DNA from: an uncultured Candidatus Saccharibacteria bacterium
Lineage (GTDB): Bacteria; Patescibacteriota; Saccharimonadia; Saccharimonadales; UBA7683
Length of the DNA: 64,000 nt
Direction of reading: 5' to 3'
Assembly (NCBI GenBank): GCA_964541305.1
Contig: CAZIPE010000001.1
Coordinates: forward strand, 82,350-146,349
The notes under the pieces were generated by a model that ran no database searches, was not told the DNA's origin, and saw only the letters and a program-made list of their open reading frames with translations. Numbering within the stretch: the stretch's first letter is position 1; every line of letters starts with the position of its first letter. The translations under genes and the position numbers were made by a program. Positions 49,044 through 58,828 of the stretch are shown here, in pieces.

Positions 49044-49159
49044 AACCAAACAACTTTACCTTATCTTTACTATTTTTGCAATTAGCACTATCTTATCACA
49101 TCTGTTAATTTAACGCAACGGGTAGGCAATATCTTAATTGAACCTTATACTAGGTACTT

Positions 49160-50293
49160 ATGGACGAAATATCGCAAAAAGCACTGGAGATACATAAAAA
49201 ACTTCGTGGAAAGATCGAGGTAACATTAAAAGATAAACTCGACAAACCCGAGAAATTAAAACTGTACTACACCCCTGGCGTTGGCGCAGTGAGTTCATAC
49301 GTTGCACAGCACCCTGAGGAAGCTCGTGACTACACCTGGCTCAATAACTCAGTTGCCGTCGTGTCTGATGGCTCAGCAGTACTGGGACTCGGCAATATTG
49401 GACCTCTCGGCGCTTTACCAGTTATGGAAGGTAAATGCATGCTTTTCAAACAGTTTGCGGGCATTGATGCTGTTCCAATAGTTCTTGATGTGCACAGTGC
49501 CGATGAGATCGTTTCAGCGGTTAAAGCAATTGCGCCAAGTTTTGGTGCCATTAATCTTGAAGATATTGCAGCACCAATTTGTTTTGAAGTTGAAGAAAGA
49601 CTGAAAGAAGAGCTGTCCATTCCTGTCATGCACGATGATCAACACGGCACCGCCATCGTGGTGTTAGCTGGGCTCATCAATTCTATGAAAGTGGTTGGCA
49701 AGAATCTTTCGGACTGTAAAATTGTCTTAGTTGGTGCAGGCGCAGCCGGAGTGGCCGTTGCTAAACTGATTCAGCTCTACGCACAGCCGACTATTATTGC
49801 TGTGGATAGTAAGGGAATCGTGGAATCATCAAGAACTGACTTAAATAGTGAGAAGCAACTTCTTGCAGGCTTTTCGCAGAACACACAACCTGGCTCCCTC
49901 GCCGATGCCCTGCAAAATGCAGATGTCTTTATCGGTGTCTCACAACCAGGCTTACTGACACCTGATATGATTCGAACAATGGCGAAAGATCCTGTTGTAT
50001 TTGCTCTCGCCAACCCGGTGCCTGAAATTATGCCGGAAGAAGCGCTTGGTGCTGGCGCAAAAGTAGTTGCTACCGGAAGAAGCGACTTTCCCAACCAGGT
50101 AAATAACGCTCTCGCCTTCCCTGGAATTTTCCGCGGAGCGCTAGATAACCAAGTTGAGAAGATAACAGACGAGCACAAAATCGCAGCCGCAGAGACAATA
50201 GCCGGGCTCGTCAAAACTCCAACCCCGAGTGAAATTATTCCCTCAATATTTGCTGATGGTCTTACGAAACTGATTGCGGACACAATCAATTAG
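49160..50293 (+). CDS. NAD(P)-dependent malic enzyme (short form)
   Basis: 377 aa, ALEIHKKLRGKIEV, YTPGV, and a GAGAAG Rossmann motif. Confidence 0.92.
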   Translation: MDEISQKALEIHKKLRGKIEVTLKDKLDKPEKLKLYYTPGVGAVSSYVAQHPEEARDYTWLNNSVAVVSDGSAVLGLGNIGPLGALPVMEGKCMLFKQFAGIDAVPIVLDVHSADEIVSAVKAIAPSFGAINLEDIAAPICFEVEERLKEELSIPVMHDDQHGTAIVVLAGLINSMKVVGKNLSDCKIVLVGAGAAGVAVAKLIQLYAQPTIIAVDSKGIVESSRTDLNSEKQLLAGFSQNTQPGSLADALQNADVFIGVSQPGLLTPDMIRTMAKDPVVFALANPVPEIMPEEALGAGAKVVATGRSDFPNQVNNALAFPGIFRGALDNQVEKITDEHKIAAAETIAGLVKTPTPSEIIPSIFADGLTKLIADTIN

Positions 50294-50634
50294 TTACAAT
50301 TTGTAAACGTTGTTGAGCCTATAGTATTTGAGGTACAGTTCAATGACTGCTTGGGTTTATATGTATTTCCAACATAGTTAATGGCTGCTTGCCTTAGTTC
50401 ATTGTATTCATCAACGAGATCATTATATTCATCGCTCGAGACTGTTGATGCACTAGCCTCATTGTATGCCTCATCATGACCCACACTTCTTCCGCTTTGG
50501 TAACCAGCACTCCAGCTTTTATCGCTACCGGTTGCGTATCCCTGTTTATATGATGTGTATCCGACAACTATAAGTATTCCAGAAACAATAATAGCGCTTA
50601 CAGTCTGTGAAGTATTTTTACCTTTAGTGCTCAT
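50290..50634 (-). CDS. hypothetical small membrane protein
   Basis: Start set at MSTKGKNT (50634), which avoids a 49-nt overlap with the upstream ATPase gene. One TM segment, a Ser/Tyr/Asn-rich ectodomain and 2 Cys near the C-terminus. Confidence 0.5.
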   Translation of the reverse strand: MSTKGKNTSQTVSAIIVSGILIVVGYTSYKQGYATGSDKSWSAGYQSGRSVGHDEAYNEASASTVSSDEYNDLVDEYNELRQAAINYVGNTYKPKQSLNCTSNTIGSTTFTNCN

Positions 50635-50642
50635 ATTTTGAA

Positions 50643-52259
50643 TTATATCACGCGATTTATTTCTTCGAGAGTAGTGATACCCTGGATACACTTTAAAATA
50701 CCGTCTTGGTACATGGTGAGCATACCTTGCTGTTGCGCTTGAGCTTCAATTTGCGGTGCTGAGGGGATATTGTAGGGGTCTTTTAAGAGCGCTTGAATTT
50801 CGGGCGTGATTATCAGCTCTTCTAGAACGGTCACCCGACCTCTATAACCGAATTGGTTCTCTTCTGACTTACCTGGTTTGTATAGTTTTACTGTAGCAAG
50901 ATCAGGTTTTTCAACTGAATCCGGCAAATCTTTCAGTGAATCTTCAAGATGTTTTTTAAGCGCGGCATCAGGCTCATATTCTATTTTTGTTGCGTCATCA
51001 AGTCGACGCACGAGTCGCTGACTTATAATCAACTTTATTGCTGATATAAGTATCGGGTTTTGCCCAATCATATCAATCATGCGCGTAAACGCCTCTGCAG
51101 CAGAACCGGCGTGAAAGGTGGAAAGTACAAGATGACCCGTAATCGATGCCTGGAGGGCGGTACGAGCCGTGTCAACGTCTCTAATTTCACCGACCATGAC
51201 AACATCGGGGTCAAGTCGTAGAACCGCTCGAAGCTTGTTAGCAAAACTATCGCCTTCACGAGTGGAAACCGGAATCTGGCTCATGCCGTCCAGCCCATAT
51301 TCAACAGGATCCTCAAGTGTCAGAATCTTTCTTTCTGAGGTGTTTAAACGTTGAAGAATTGAATACAATGTCGTCGTTTTACCCGAACCAGTCGGACCCA
51401 CCATCAAGACCATGCCTCGAGGATGTGAAATCACTTCATCAATCGGCACACGCTCGCGTTCAGTTAAACCAAGGTTATCGAGATTCAAAAGCTCTGTGTC
51501 CATGTTAAACAAACGTAGTACTGCGTCCTGGCCGTACAGCGTAGGCACCGTTTCAATACGCATGTTTAGCGTTTTTGTGGTGCCATCAGCACCCGTTATC
51601 TCTTGACTCAAATGTCCCGTCTGGGCATCAGGTGCAGAGGTTGATATATTTGCTTTTACGGCTATCGATTGTTGAATTTGGCGATACTTCATATGGGTAA
51701 CAACCGCAATAAGGTGCAAGGCCCCATCAATACGCAGCCGCAAACGTACTCCCATTTTTGCTGTTTCAAAGTGAATATCTGAGGCAGTCAGCTTATCGGC
51801 CTGATTTATGACGTATTCCAAGATGTCGTCAGATTTAACACCTTCGAGTGTCTCTGATACTTTTTTGAGGTTCTCACTTGCACCTTCAGTTTTAATACTG
51901 ATGTCATCGTACACCACCTCTTTGGGCGGGTCGTGACGTAGCATAAATTCTTTGTAGCCACTTTTTGAGATCATGACAAATTCAATAATCTTGTCAATAA
52001 ACCTCTCGCGTAACTCTCTGAGCGTTTGTTGCGGGGTGTCTATGGTTATTGCAAAGGTATATCCCGTACCGGTGTCATAGAGTGGGATTAGTTTTTTTTC
52101 GTACATCTCTTCAATCGTTAGCACATTCCGAACCAAAGGGGTGTCTTTAAGCGTACGGCTATCAACGTACTGAAGTTTGAGCAGTGTCGCACGTTGTCTC
52201 GTGCTACCCTCATCGGTCTCGCGAAACTTGACCTGGTCGCCTGAAGTATTAAAAGCCAT
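50643..52259 (-). CDS. pilB: type IV pilus / type II secretion assembly ATPase (GspE/PilB family)
   Basis: 538 aa with Walker A (GPTGSGKTTT), Asp and His boxes, and an N-terminal GSPII_E-like domain. Confidence 0.9.
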   Translation of the reverse strand: MAFNTSGDQVKFRETDEGSTRQRATLLKLQYVDSRTLKDTPLVRNVLTIEEMYEKKLIPLYDTGTGYTFAITIDTPQQTLRELRERFIDKIIEFVMISKSGYKEFMLRHDPPKEVVYDDISIKTEGASENLKKVSETLEGVKSDDILEYVINQADKLTASDIHFETAKMGVRLRLRIDGALHLIAVVTHMKYRQIQQSIAVKANISTSAPDAQTGHLSQEITGADGTTKTLNMRIETVPTLYGQDAVLRLFNMDTELLNLDNLGLTERERVPIDEVISHPRGMVLMVGPTGSGKTTTLYSILQRLNTSERKILTLEDPVEYGLDGMSQIPVSTREGDSFANKLRAVLRLDPDVVMVGEIRDVDTARTALQASITGHLVLSTFHAGSAAEAFTRMIDMIGQNPILISAIKLIISQRLVRRLDDATKIEYEPDAALKKHLEDSLKDLPDSVEKPDLATVKLYKPGKSEENQFGYRGRVTVLEELIITPEIQALLKDPYNIPSAPQIEAQAQQQGMLTMYQDGILKCIQGITTLEEINRVI

Positions 52260-52330
52260 AACCGTTATTATACTGTACTGTGGCGTATCTCGTCATCCCT
52301 AAAGTACAAAAGTCGCGTATACTGATGCAC

Positions 52331-52846
52331 ATGAACGTTATTCTTGTAGCCCATGATATACGAAGCACCCACAATGTCGGAGCATTTTTCCGCACCTGTG
52401 ACGGGCTTGGTATTTCAAAGATTATTTTTAGTGGCTACACGCCGTTCCCTGCGTTTGAAGGTGATAGTCGTCTGCCTCATTTCGCCGATAAAATAACCCG
52501 ACAAATTCACAAAACCGCTCTAGGAGCTGAATCAAGTGTACTCTTTGATGTATTCAAAACGATGGAAGAGGCGCTCGCCAGCCTCAAAGAATCCGGTGTT
52601 ACTCTGGTTGCGTTAGAACAAGAAAAAAATAGTTTAAGTCCTGAAACAATACGCCAAAAACTCATCAAGACTAATCGAAACAAAACAGTCGCTCTTATTG
52701 TAGGCAACGAGATACATGGTGTTGACAACGAGACCCTTAAGGACGTTGACTACATTATGGAAATTCCGATGCATGGCACCAAGGAGTCACTCAATGTCTC
52801 GGTTGCCACTGCTATTGCTCTGTACGAGCTGACCCGTACTACTTGA
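52331..52846 (+). CDS. SpoU/TrmH-family RNA 2'-O-methyltransferase
   Basis: MNVILVAHDIRSTHNVGAFFRTCDGLG...IVGNEIHGV...SLNVSVATAIALYE. Start set 7 nt after TATACT (52318-52323). The track start at 52280 is a GTG. Confidence 0.85.
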   Translation: MNVILVAHDIRSTHNVGAFFRTCDGLGISKIIFSGYTPFPAFEGDSRLPHFADKITRQIHKTALGAESSVLFDVFKTMEEALASLKESGVTLVALEQEKNSLSPETIRQKLIKTNRNKTVALIVGNEIHGVDNETLKDVDYIMEIPMHGTKESLNVSVATAIALYELTRTT

Positions 52847-55800
52847 AAACTATGCATTCTGGCTGAAAAACATCTTTAAGCTTATCTTGAAGGTCGGTAT
52901 CTGTGGTGATACTAAACGGCATCTTGAGTGCTGTCTTTTTGCTATCTTCTCCAATAACCAAAATAAGTTCGTGATCCCCTGGGTGTTCACCGGCCAGTTT
53001 TTTCAGTGATAATAATTTTTCGTGATCTTGAGGATCCTTAAGATGGACATACAGCTTAGGTTGTGATGCATGTGTTGGCGAGACCACTGGAGATTGAACG
53101 GGCTGTTTCATTTCTTTCTTTTCTTCTGGTTTTTTCGGTTTCGGTGCTTTAGGCTTCTTGCCAGTTGGTTTATAGGCGTCAACATCTTCCTGGGTGATTT
53201 CTTTAAGATCATCAACCATTAATTTCACTTCATCGCTCAGCCCACCATCACGGTCCTTGCAGTTTATTTTGCCTTTTACTACCACAATCTTATCTTGAAC
53301 CAACGAATCTTGCACTGCGTCATATGATTTAGGAAAGACAATTAACTCCATATCACCAGATTTATCTTCAAGCTTAACAAAAGCCATTTTAGAACCGTTC
53401 TTAGTAGTAATATTTCGGACGGAATTTATCACACCACCAATAGTAGTGGACTTATTGTCCATTGCAGAAGTCAAACTTGTAATGGGAACGGCGTTTTCTT
53501 CAAAATAGGCTCCGTACGGATCAAGTGGATGAGATGAAAGATACAGCCCAAGCAATTCACGCTCCCAAAGTAGCATTTCCCTTTCCGATGACTGTTCAGG
53601 CGCCGTTTCAAACGTAAACTGTGGAGCAACGCTTGGCGCAGCATCGTCAAGCCCACCAAAGATATCAGCCTGATTGGTTTCTTTTTCTTTATGAATTTTT
53701 GAACCTAGCGCCAAAATACCATCGAGGTTGTACAGTAAATCACCACGACTTTTTCCAAGACTATCAAACCCGCCCGATTTTATGAGACTTTCCCATACTT
53801 TGCGATTCACTTTTCGAGTATCGACGCGTGTAACGAAATCATTGATATCCTTGAAAGTGCCACCCTCTTCACGTGTAGCAATAATCTCTTCTACCGCGCC
53901 AGTTCCGACATTTTTAATAGCGCTCATACCAAACCGAATCTGTTTTTTATCAGGCACTACTGCAAATTCGACGAACGATTCATTCACATCGGGTTGAAGT
54001 ACTTCAAGGCCCATGTGCTGACATTCCGTAATTTCAATGCTAAGACGGTCGATATCGTCAGCATCACTCGTCATAAGAGCCGCCATAAATGCATCAGGAT
54101 AGTGCGCCTTTAAGTATGCCGTCCAGTAGGCAATTAAGCCGTAACAGGCTGCGTGAGACTTATTAAAACAATAGGCTGCAAAATCTTCTAACTGCTTCCA
54201 GAATCGCTCCATGAGGTCTCGTGATATACCTGAGTGCTTTTCACCACCCTCAATCATTTGGTCTTTCATTTTTGCCATTAGCTGAGCATTTTTTTTACCA
54301 ATTGCCTTGCGCAGGGTATCCGCCTGGCCACCCGTAAATCCGCAGACTTCTTTAGATATCTGCATAACCTGCTCTTGATAGACCAGGATTCCGTAGGTAT
54401 TGATTAAGGAGTTTTCCATACTCGCATGCGGGTAGGTTATCTTCTTTTCGCCGTGCTTTCGTGAAATAAATTCGTCTATAAACTGCATTGGTCCTGGGCG
54501 GTAGAGTGCGACCATAGCAACAATATCTTCAAAAACTGTAGGTTTGAGTTGACGCAGGTAGCGCTTCATGCCAGCTGACTCAAGCTGGAAGACGCCCGTC
54601 GTGTCGCCCTTCTGAAATAGTTCAAACGCCTTCTCATCATCAAGCGGTATTTCATCTAGATCGATTGCCGAACCATAGACTCGTTTTATGATTCTCAGAG
54701 CATTACGCAGAATGGTCAAGTTAGAAAGACCCAAAAAATCCATTTTAAGTAGGCCCAGGTCTTCTACTGGCCCCATGGCATATTGCGTCGAAACAACCCC
54801 TTTTTGAGCCATTTCGAGTGGCACAAACTTAACGATGTCGTCTGGTGCAATCACCACACCCGCCGCGTGTACACCATGTGAGCGAATAGTACCTTCAAGC
54901 CGAACCGCCAGATCAATAACTTGTTTTGTCGTGGCATTATTCTCGTATTCAGCCTTGAGGTCTTTATCATTTTTTATGCTTTCCGCTAGTGGAATGTGTC
55001 TGCCTTGCACTGGTGGAGGAATTAGTTTTGCGATTCTATCTGCTTCAGCGTATGGCACTTGTAGTACTCGAGCCACATCTCGAATTGCCGCTCGGGCTGC
55101 CATGGTTCCAAAGGTCACAATATTCGCAACCCTATCACGACCGTACTTTTCAGCGCAGTATTCTATCACCTCGTTACGACGTGTGTCTTGAATATCAATA
55201 TCAATATCAGGCATGCTGATACGATCAGGGTTGAGAAATCGCTCAAACAGAAGATCATACTTCAACGGGTCGAGTTCAGTGATACGCGTAGAGTAAGCCA
55301 CGATTGAGCCCGCCGCCGATCCACGGCCAGGGCCAAAAACTATTCCCTGATCTTTGCCCCAATTTATAAAATCAGAGACAATTAAAAAGTACCCGTTGAA
55401 GCCCATTTTGTCTATCACCTCGAGTTCATATGTGGCACGCTCAAGAATATCTTTGGGAAGCGTTTGCATCGCTTCTTCTTGGGTGATGCGTTTCGAGCGC
55501 GCTTCTTCAACACCTCCGTAACGCCACGCAAGCCCTCTATACACTAGTTTGTGAAGGTATGATTTTTCATCTTCTCCTTTTGGTACGGGAAACTTTGGAA
55601 TCAATATCTTTCCCAGATCTAACTCCACATTACATCTGTCTGCTATAGCTTTGGTGTTGGTAATAACGTCTGGATGTTCATCTGCCCAACGAGCAATAAT
55701 TTCTTTAGGATCAGTAACATGTAGCTCGAATTCTTTGAGACTCATCCTATTTTGGTCGGACAAAAAAGCCCCTGTTTGAACACACAACAAGATCTCGTGC

Positions 55801-56498
55801 GCCTCTTGATCTTCATGTTGCAAGTAATGTGCATCACACGTCACGACAACGGGAATATCTAACTTTTTGGCAAGTTCAAATAGCTTTTTATTAACTTTCA
55901 CCTGTTCATCCCAGCGGCTCGGTGCATCAGGATGGCCATGGTCTTGTACTTCAATGTAGTAGCGGTCTCCAAACACCTTCTTGTACCAAGTGGCTGTCTC
56001 ATAGGCTTGTGCATCTTGATTGTTGCGTAGATAATCCCCGATTTCACCACCTATACAACCCGAGAGAACTATTAGACCTTCGTTATATTTTTCAAGTAAA
56101 TCATGGTCAATCCGTGGTTTAAAATAGAAACCATCCAGATTAGCAATAGTGGAAAGTCGCATTAGGTTTTGATACCCCTGATTGTTCATGGCTAGTAATA
56201 TAAGGTGATATCGCGCCTTATCGACACCAGGTTCTTTGTCGAGATGTGTTCGGTTAGCAACGTAGGTTTCCATACCGATAATTGGCTTCATATCTCGATC
56301 TTTTGCTGCCTTGTAAAACTCAATCGCACCCGAAAGCGTACCGTGGTCGGTAATAGCAACGCTTTCCATGCCCATTACCTTCACGCCATCAAGCATTTGT
56401 GGTACTTTTTGCAGACCATCAAGAAGACTATAGTGGGTATGATTATGCAAATGAACATACTCACTTGGTTTAATTTTTACTCCATCAGCACTCATCAT
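52839..56498 (-). CDS. dnaE: DNA polymerase III alpha subunit
   Basis: 1219 aa with an N-terminal PHP domain (HLHNHTHYSLLDG), polymerase core, OB fold, and a Lys/Pro-rich linker plus an extra C-terminal domain. Confidence 0.98.
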   Translation of the reverse strand: MMSADGVKIKPSEYVHLHNHTHYSLLDGLQKVPQMLDGVKVMGMESVAITDHGTLSGAIEFYKAAKDRDMKPIIGMETYVANRTHLDKEPGVDKARYHLILLAMNNQGYQNLMRLSTIANLDGFYFKPRIDHDLLEKYNEGLIVLSGCIGGEIGDYLRNNQDAQAYETATWYKKVFGDRYYIEVQDHGHPDAPSRWDEQVKVNKKLFELAKKLDIPVVVTCDAHYLQHEDQEAHEILLCVQTGAFLSDQNRMSLKEFELHVTDPKEIIARWADEHPDVITNTKAIADRCNVELDLGKILIPKFPVPKGEDEKSYLHKLVYRGLAWRYGGVEEARSKRITQEEAMQTLPKDILERATYELEVIDKMGFNGYFLIVSDFINWGKDQGIVFGPGRGSAAGSIVAYSTRITELDPLKYDLLFERFLNPDRISMPDIDIDIQDTRRNEVIEYCAEKYGRDRVANIVTFGTMAARAAIRDVARVLQVPYAEADRIAKLIPPPVQGRHIPLAESIKNDKDLKAEYENNATTKQVIDLAVRLEGTIRSHGVHAAGVVIAPDDIVKFVPLEMAQKGVVSTQYAMGPVEDLGLLKMDFLGLSNLTILRNALRIIKRVYGSAIDLDEIPLDDEKAFELFQKGDTTGVFQLESAGMKRYLRQLKPTVFEDIVAMVALYRPGPMQFIDEFISRKHGEKKITYPHASMENSLINTYGILVYQEQVMQISKEVCGFTGGQADTLRKAIGKKNAQLMAKMKDQMIEGGEKHSGISRDLMERFWKQLEDFAAYCFNKSHAACYGLIAYWTAYLKAHYPDAFMAALMTSDADDIDRLSIEITECQHMGLEVLQPDVNESFVEFAVVPDKKQIRFGMSAIKNVGTGAVEEIIATREEGGTFKDINDFVTRVDTRKVNRKVWESLIKSGGFDSLGKSRGDLLYNLDGILALGSKIHKEKETNQADIFGGLDDAAPSVAPQFTFETAPEQSSEREMLLWERELLGLYLSSHPLDPYGAYFEENAVPITSLTSAMDNKSTTIGGVINSVRNITTKNGSKMAFVKLEDKSGDMELIVFPKSYDAVQDSLVQDKIVVVKGKINCKDRDGGLSDEVKLMVDDLKEITQEDVDAYKPTGKKPKAPKPKKPEEKKEMKQPVQSPVVSPTHASQPKLYVHLKDPQDHEKLLSLKKLAGEHPGDHELILVIGEDSKKTALKMPFSITTDTDLQDKLKDVFQPECIVFK

Positions 56499-56500
56499 CT

Positions 56501-56521
56501 TCTAGTATAGCGTATACTAGA
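56501..56521. promoter_or_regulatory. palindrome formed by two back-to-back -10 boxes (dnaE / recF)
   Basis: TCTAGTATA-gcg-TATACTAGA has perfect 9-bp arms. The minus-strand TATACT (56504-56509) serves dnaE and the plus-strand TATACT (56513-56518) serves recF. Confidence 0.6.
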
Positions 56522-56529
56522 GTTCTGAT

Positions 56530-57627
56530 ATGGTAGGTAATTCACTCAGCTCACTTAAGCTCGTACATATGCGCTCACACGTACATGGCGATTTCACTTT
56601 TGATGAAAATGTTAATGCTATTGTTGGTCTGAATGGCAGTGGCAAAACGACTCTACTTGAAGCGATGTATGTACTACTACGTGGCAGTAGTTTTCGTGGC
56701 ACTACAGCTGAAATGATACGATGGGGTGAACATTCAATGGCACTCGAATTGACAGTTACAAACTCGCAAGATAGTAACACTATCCGACGCTTACATGTTA
56801 ATCTGCCTGAAAATAATACGCCCATCAAAAAATGGGTCGTTAACAACAATACGTCGGCTCGACTGGCGCCACGAGATAAACTTCCTGTGGTACTTTTTGA
56901 GCCCGATATAGGCAGAATGATTACCGGTTCTCCAGAGCGCCGACGTCATTATTTAGACAATCTCGCATCTCAACTCGATCCACATGTTGCGCAGGCACAA
57001 CTTCGCTTCGAGCGTGCTCTTAGGCAGCGCAACCTGTTACTTAAGTCACTCGACCCACATCACATTACTAAGACTCAGAATGATCAGTTGTTCGTCTGGA
57101 ATATGCAGCTCGCCACACTAAGTGAAACGCTAGTTACAGGCCGTCAAGAAGTGCTAGTAGCGCTCCAAAAAGATATCAGCTCGCAGTACAAAATACTGGG
57201 TGGTGATGATCACGTTCTCCTTACCTACCAGAGTAGCGTAACAGACCAAGCTAACTTGTATGCAAATCGCCTTCTTCAATTTTTTGAAACATCTTTGATG
57301 CGCGATGCAATTGTTGGCCATACTAGTTTTGGCCCACATCGGGACGATATTGAAATTCGACTCGCAGACCAACCTGCTAAAGAGCGTGCATCTCGCGGTG
57401 AAATCAGAACAATTGTTCTAGCCTTAAAACTACTAGAAGCCGAGCTACTCCGTAAAAAGTATACTAAGAGTAACGTTCGCCCGGTTCTGCTTTTTGATGA
57501 CGTACTGAGTGAGCTCGATTTGCATCACCAAGCACAGATACTCTCTGGCTTCAAAGACTACCAAGTCTTTATTACGACAACAGATGCCCACACCCTTACT
57601 CCAGGAACGTATACTATCGCTTTGTAG
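56530..57627 (+). CDS. recF: DNA replication and repair protein RecF
   Basis: 365 aa with Walker A (GLNGSGKTTLLEA) and an SMC-like signature near the C-terminus (SRGEIRT..LLFDDV). Confidence 0.93.
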   Translation: MVGNSLSSLKLVHMRSHVHGDFTFDENVNAIVGLNGSGKTTLLEAMYVLLRGSSFRGTTAEMIRWGEHSMALELTVTNSQDSNTIRRLHVNLPENNTPIKKWVVNNNTSARLAPRDKLPVVLFEPDIGRMITGSPERRRHYLDNLASQLDPHVAQAQLRFERALRQRNLLLKSLDPHHITKTQNDQLFVWNMQLATLSETLVTGRQEVLVALQKDISSQYKILGGDDHVLLTYQSSVTDQANLYANRLLQFFETSLMRDAIVGHTSFGPHRDDIEIRLADQPAKERASRGEIRTIVLALKLLEAELLRKKYTKSNVRPVLLFDDVLSELDLHHQAQILSGFKDYQVFITTTDAHTLTPGTYTIAL

Positions 57628-57645
57628 CTACTGGATGTAACTTGG

Positions 57646-57933
57646 CTATTTGACTTGGATTGATTTTTCTATAGACTGCCGTGCATTATCAATGAGCGGA
57701 ACCTCATCAAACTGAGCAAGAATACTTATGACAATCGTTGAGACTATAGCAATCCCAACAATCGTACCCATGCTAAAAAATATACCTCTCATGAAGTTAG
57801 CAAAGTACAAATGTTTTTTGCTCACATACCCTGCAGCGAGCAGATACTCCAATGCTTCAACTGCCGCCTTTGTATCAAGGTTATTCGGTGTTCCGTTGAT
57901 TGGCTTGGATAGTTTATTCAAAATCACCCTCAC
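57646..57933 (-). CDS. small membrane protein (DUF5665-like, tentative)
   Basis: 95 aa, ...NFMRGIFFSMGTIVGIAIVSTIVISIL.... The family name is from memory only. Confidence 0.55.
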   Translation of the reverse strand: MRVILNKLSKPINGTPNNLDTKAAVEALEYLLAAGYVSKKHLYFANFMRGIFFSMGTIVGIAIVSTIVISILAQFDEVPLIDNARQSIEKSIQVK

Positions 57934-58117
57934 TCAAAAATGGATCGTTTACGTTACCGTCGAAGTCATGTATTTCAGGCATGTCTGGTAAAAAGTTCGC
58001 AGCTATCAACGTGAGCGCACCGACAGCAATTCCAACTCGCAGTGCTACGCTAAATAGCCTTTCAGAAAAACTATGATGATCTTCTACTGGCACGTGTTGC
58101 GCGTCTGCAGTGATCAT
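57914..58117 (-). CDS. hypothetical small membrane protein
   Basis: 67 aa with one TM segment. It overlaps the downstream ORF by 20 nt. Confidence 0.4.
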   Translation of the reverse strand: MITADAQHVPVEDHHSFSERLFSVALRVGIAVGALTLIAANFLPDMPEIHDFDGNVNDPFLSEGDFE

Positions 58118-58124
58118 GCTCAGA

Positions 58125-58532
58125 CTACAAACTCTTTACTTTTGCTACTATTTTTTTACGAAGTGCCTCAAAATCTTGCATGAGCTGGTCAATAGTGGCG
58201 TCGTCATTATCATCATCACCGCTTTTAATTGAGGTGATTGCCGTCTTTACGCGCGCCTTTAATTCTTCTGCCTTGACACTTAGTTCCTTCAGTTCTTCTT
58301 TCGCTTTACCTTGTAGTTCACTAGCCTTCTTCATCGCTTGCTCGGAAAGCTTCCCAAGTTCTTTGTGGGCATCTTTTAGCTTGCGTTCTGCTGCACCTTT
58401 TACTTCTTTGGCTTTTTCTTTGATATCTTGACGAGTTTCTTTACCACTTTTGGGTGCAGTCAGCAGGCCAGTTACAACGCCTGCAACGGCTCCTACAAGT
58501 ACTCCAATTCCGAATTTACTTCCTTTTGACAT
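58125..58532 (-). CDS. YtxH-domain protein
   Basis: 135 aa, GVLVGAVAGVVTGLLTAPKSGKETRQDIKEKAKE, followed by a charged helical region. Confidence 0.75.
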   Translation of the reverse strand: MSKGSKFGIGVLVGAVAGVVTGLLTAPKSGKETRQDIKEKAKEVKGAAERKLKDAHKELGKLSEQAMKKASELQGKAKEELKELSVKAEELKARVKTAITSIKSGDDDNDDATIDQLMQDFEALRKKIVAKVKSL

Positions 58533-58798
58533 TATTCGTCCTCCTTATTGTGTTTCTTTACTGCATTGCTAATTTGGTCTGCAACAAACTTTGCGACTAC
58601 AGCAGGTGCTGCGGCTGTTTTCATGGTTGCTGCTACTGAACCAGCATCTTTTACAAGTTGGCTTGCTTTATCAGAAATTTCTTTTACGTTTTTCATGAAC
58701 TTTACAAGGTACACCAAAACGATAATTCCTAGTAGAAGAAAGATTGCCAGAAAGACCGATAAAATAATTACGAGTATGTCATATGAATCCATGTTCAC
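58532..58798 (-). CDS. DUF948-like small membrane protein
   Basis: 88 aa with an N-terminal TM segment then a helical region. It sits immediately upstream of the YtxH gene, as in Firmicutes. The family name is from memory. Confidence 0.6.
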   Translation of the reverse strand: MNMDSYDILVIILSVFLAIFLLLGIIVLVYLVKFMKNVKEISDKASQLVKDAGSVAATMKTAAAPAVVAKFVADQISNAVKKHNKEDE

Positions 58799-58828
58799 AT
58801 TCTACCATTTTTAGTACAAAGCTTCAAT

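Noticed and set aside
49082-49108. A third CIRCE-like site (TTAGCACTA-tcttatcac-ATCTGTTAA) between rplS and the malic enzyme gene.
   Set aside because: Only the left arm resembles CIRCE (8/9). The right arm matches 5/9, so there is no real inverted repeat.
50635-50691. The N-terminal 19 aa of the track ORF 50290-50691, which overlap the pilB 3' end by 49 nt.
   Set aside because: The internal ATG at 50634 sits just downstream of the pilB stop and begins directly before the TM helix. The longer form is unnecessary.
56501-56521. The perfect palindrome between dnaE and recF as an SOS/LexA-type operator.
   Set aside because: Each arm is simply the recurrent TATACTAGA -10 element seen at many other promoters in the window. 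It does not resemble known LexA boxes. It is kept only as a case of promoter overlap.
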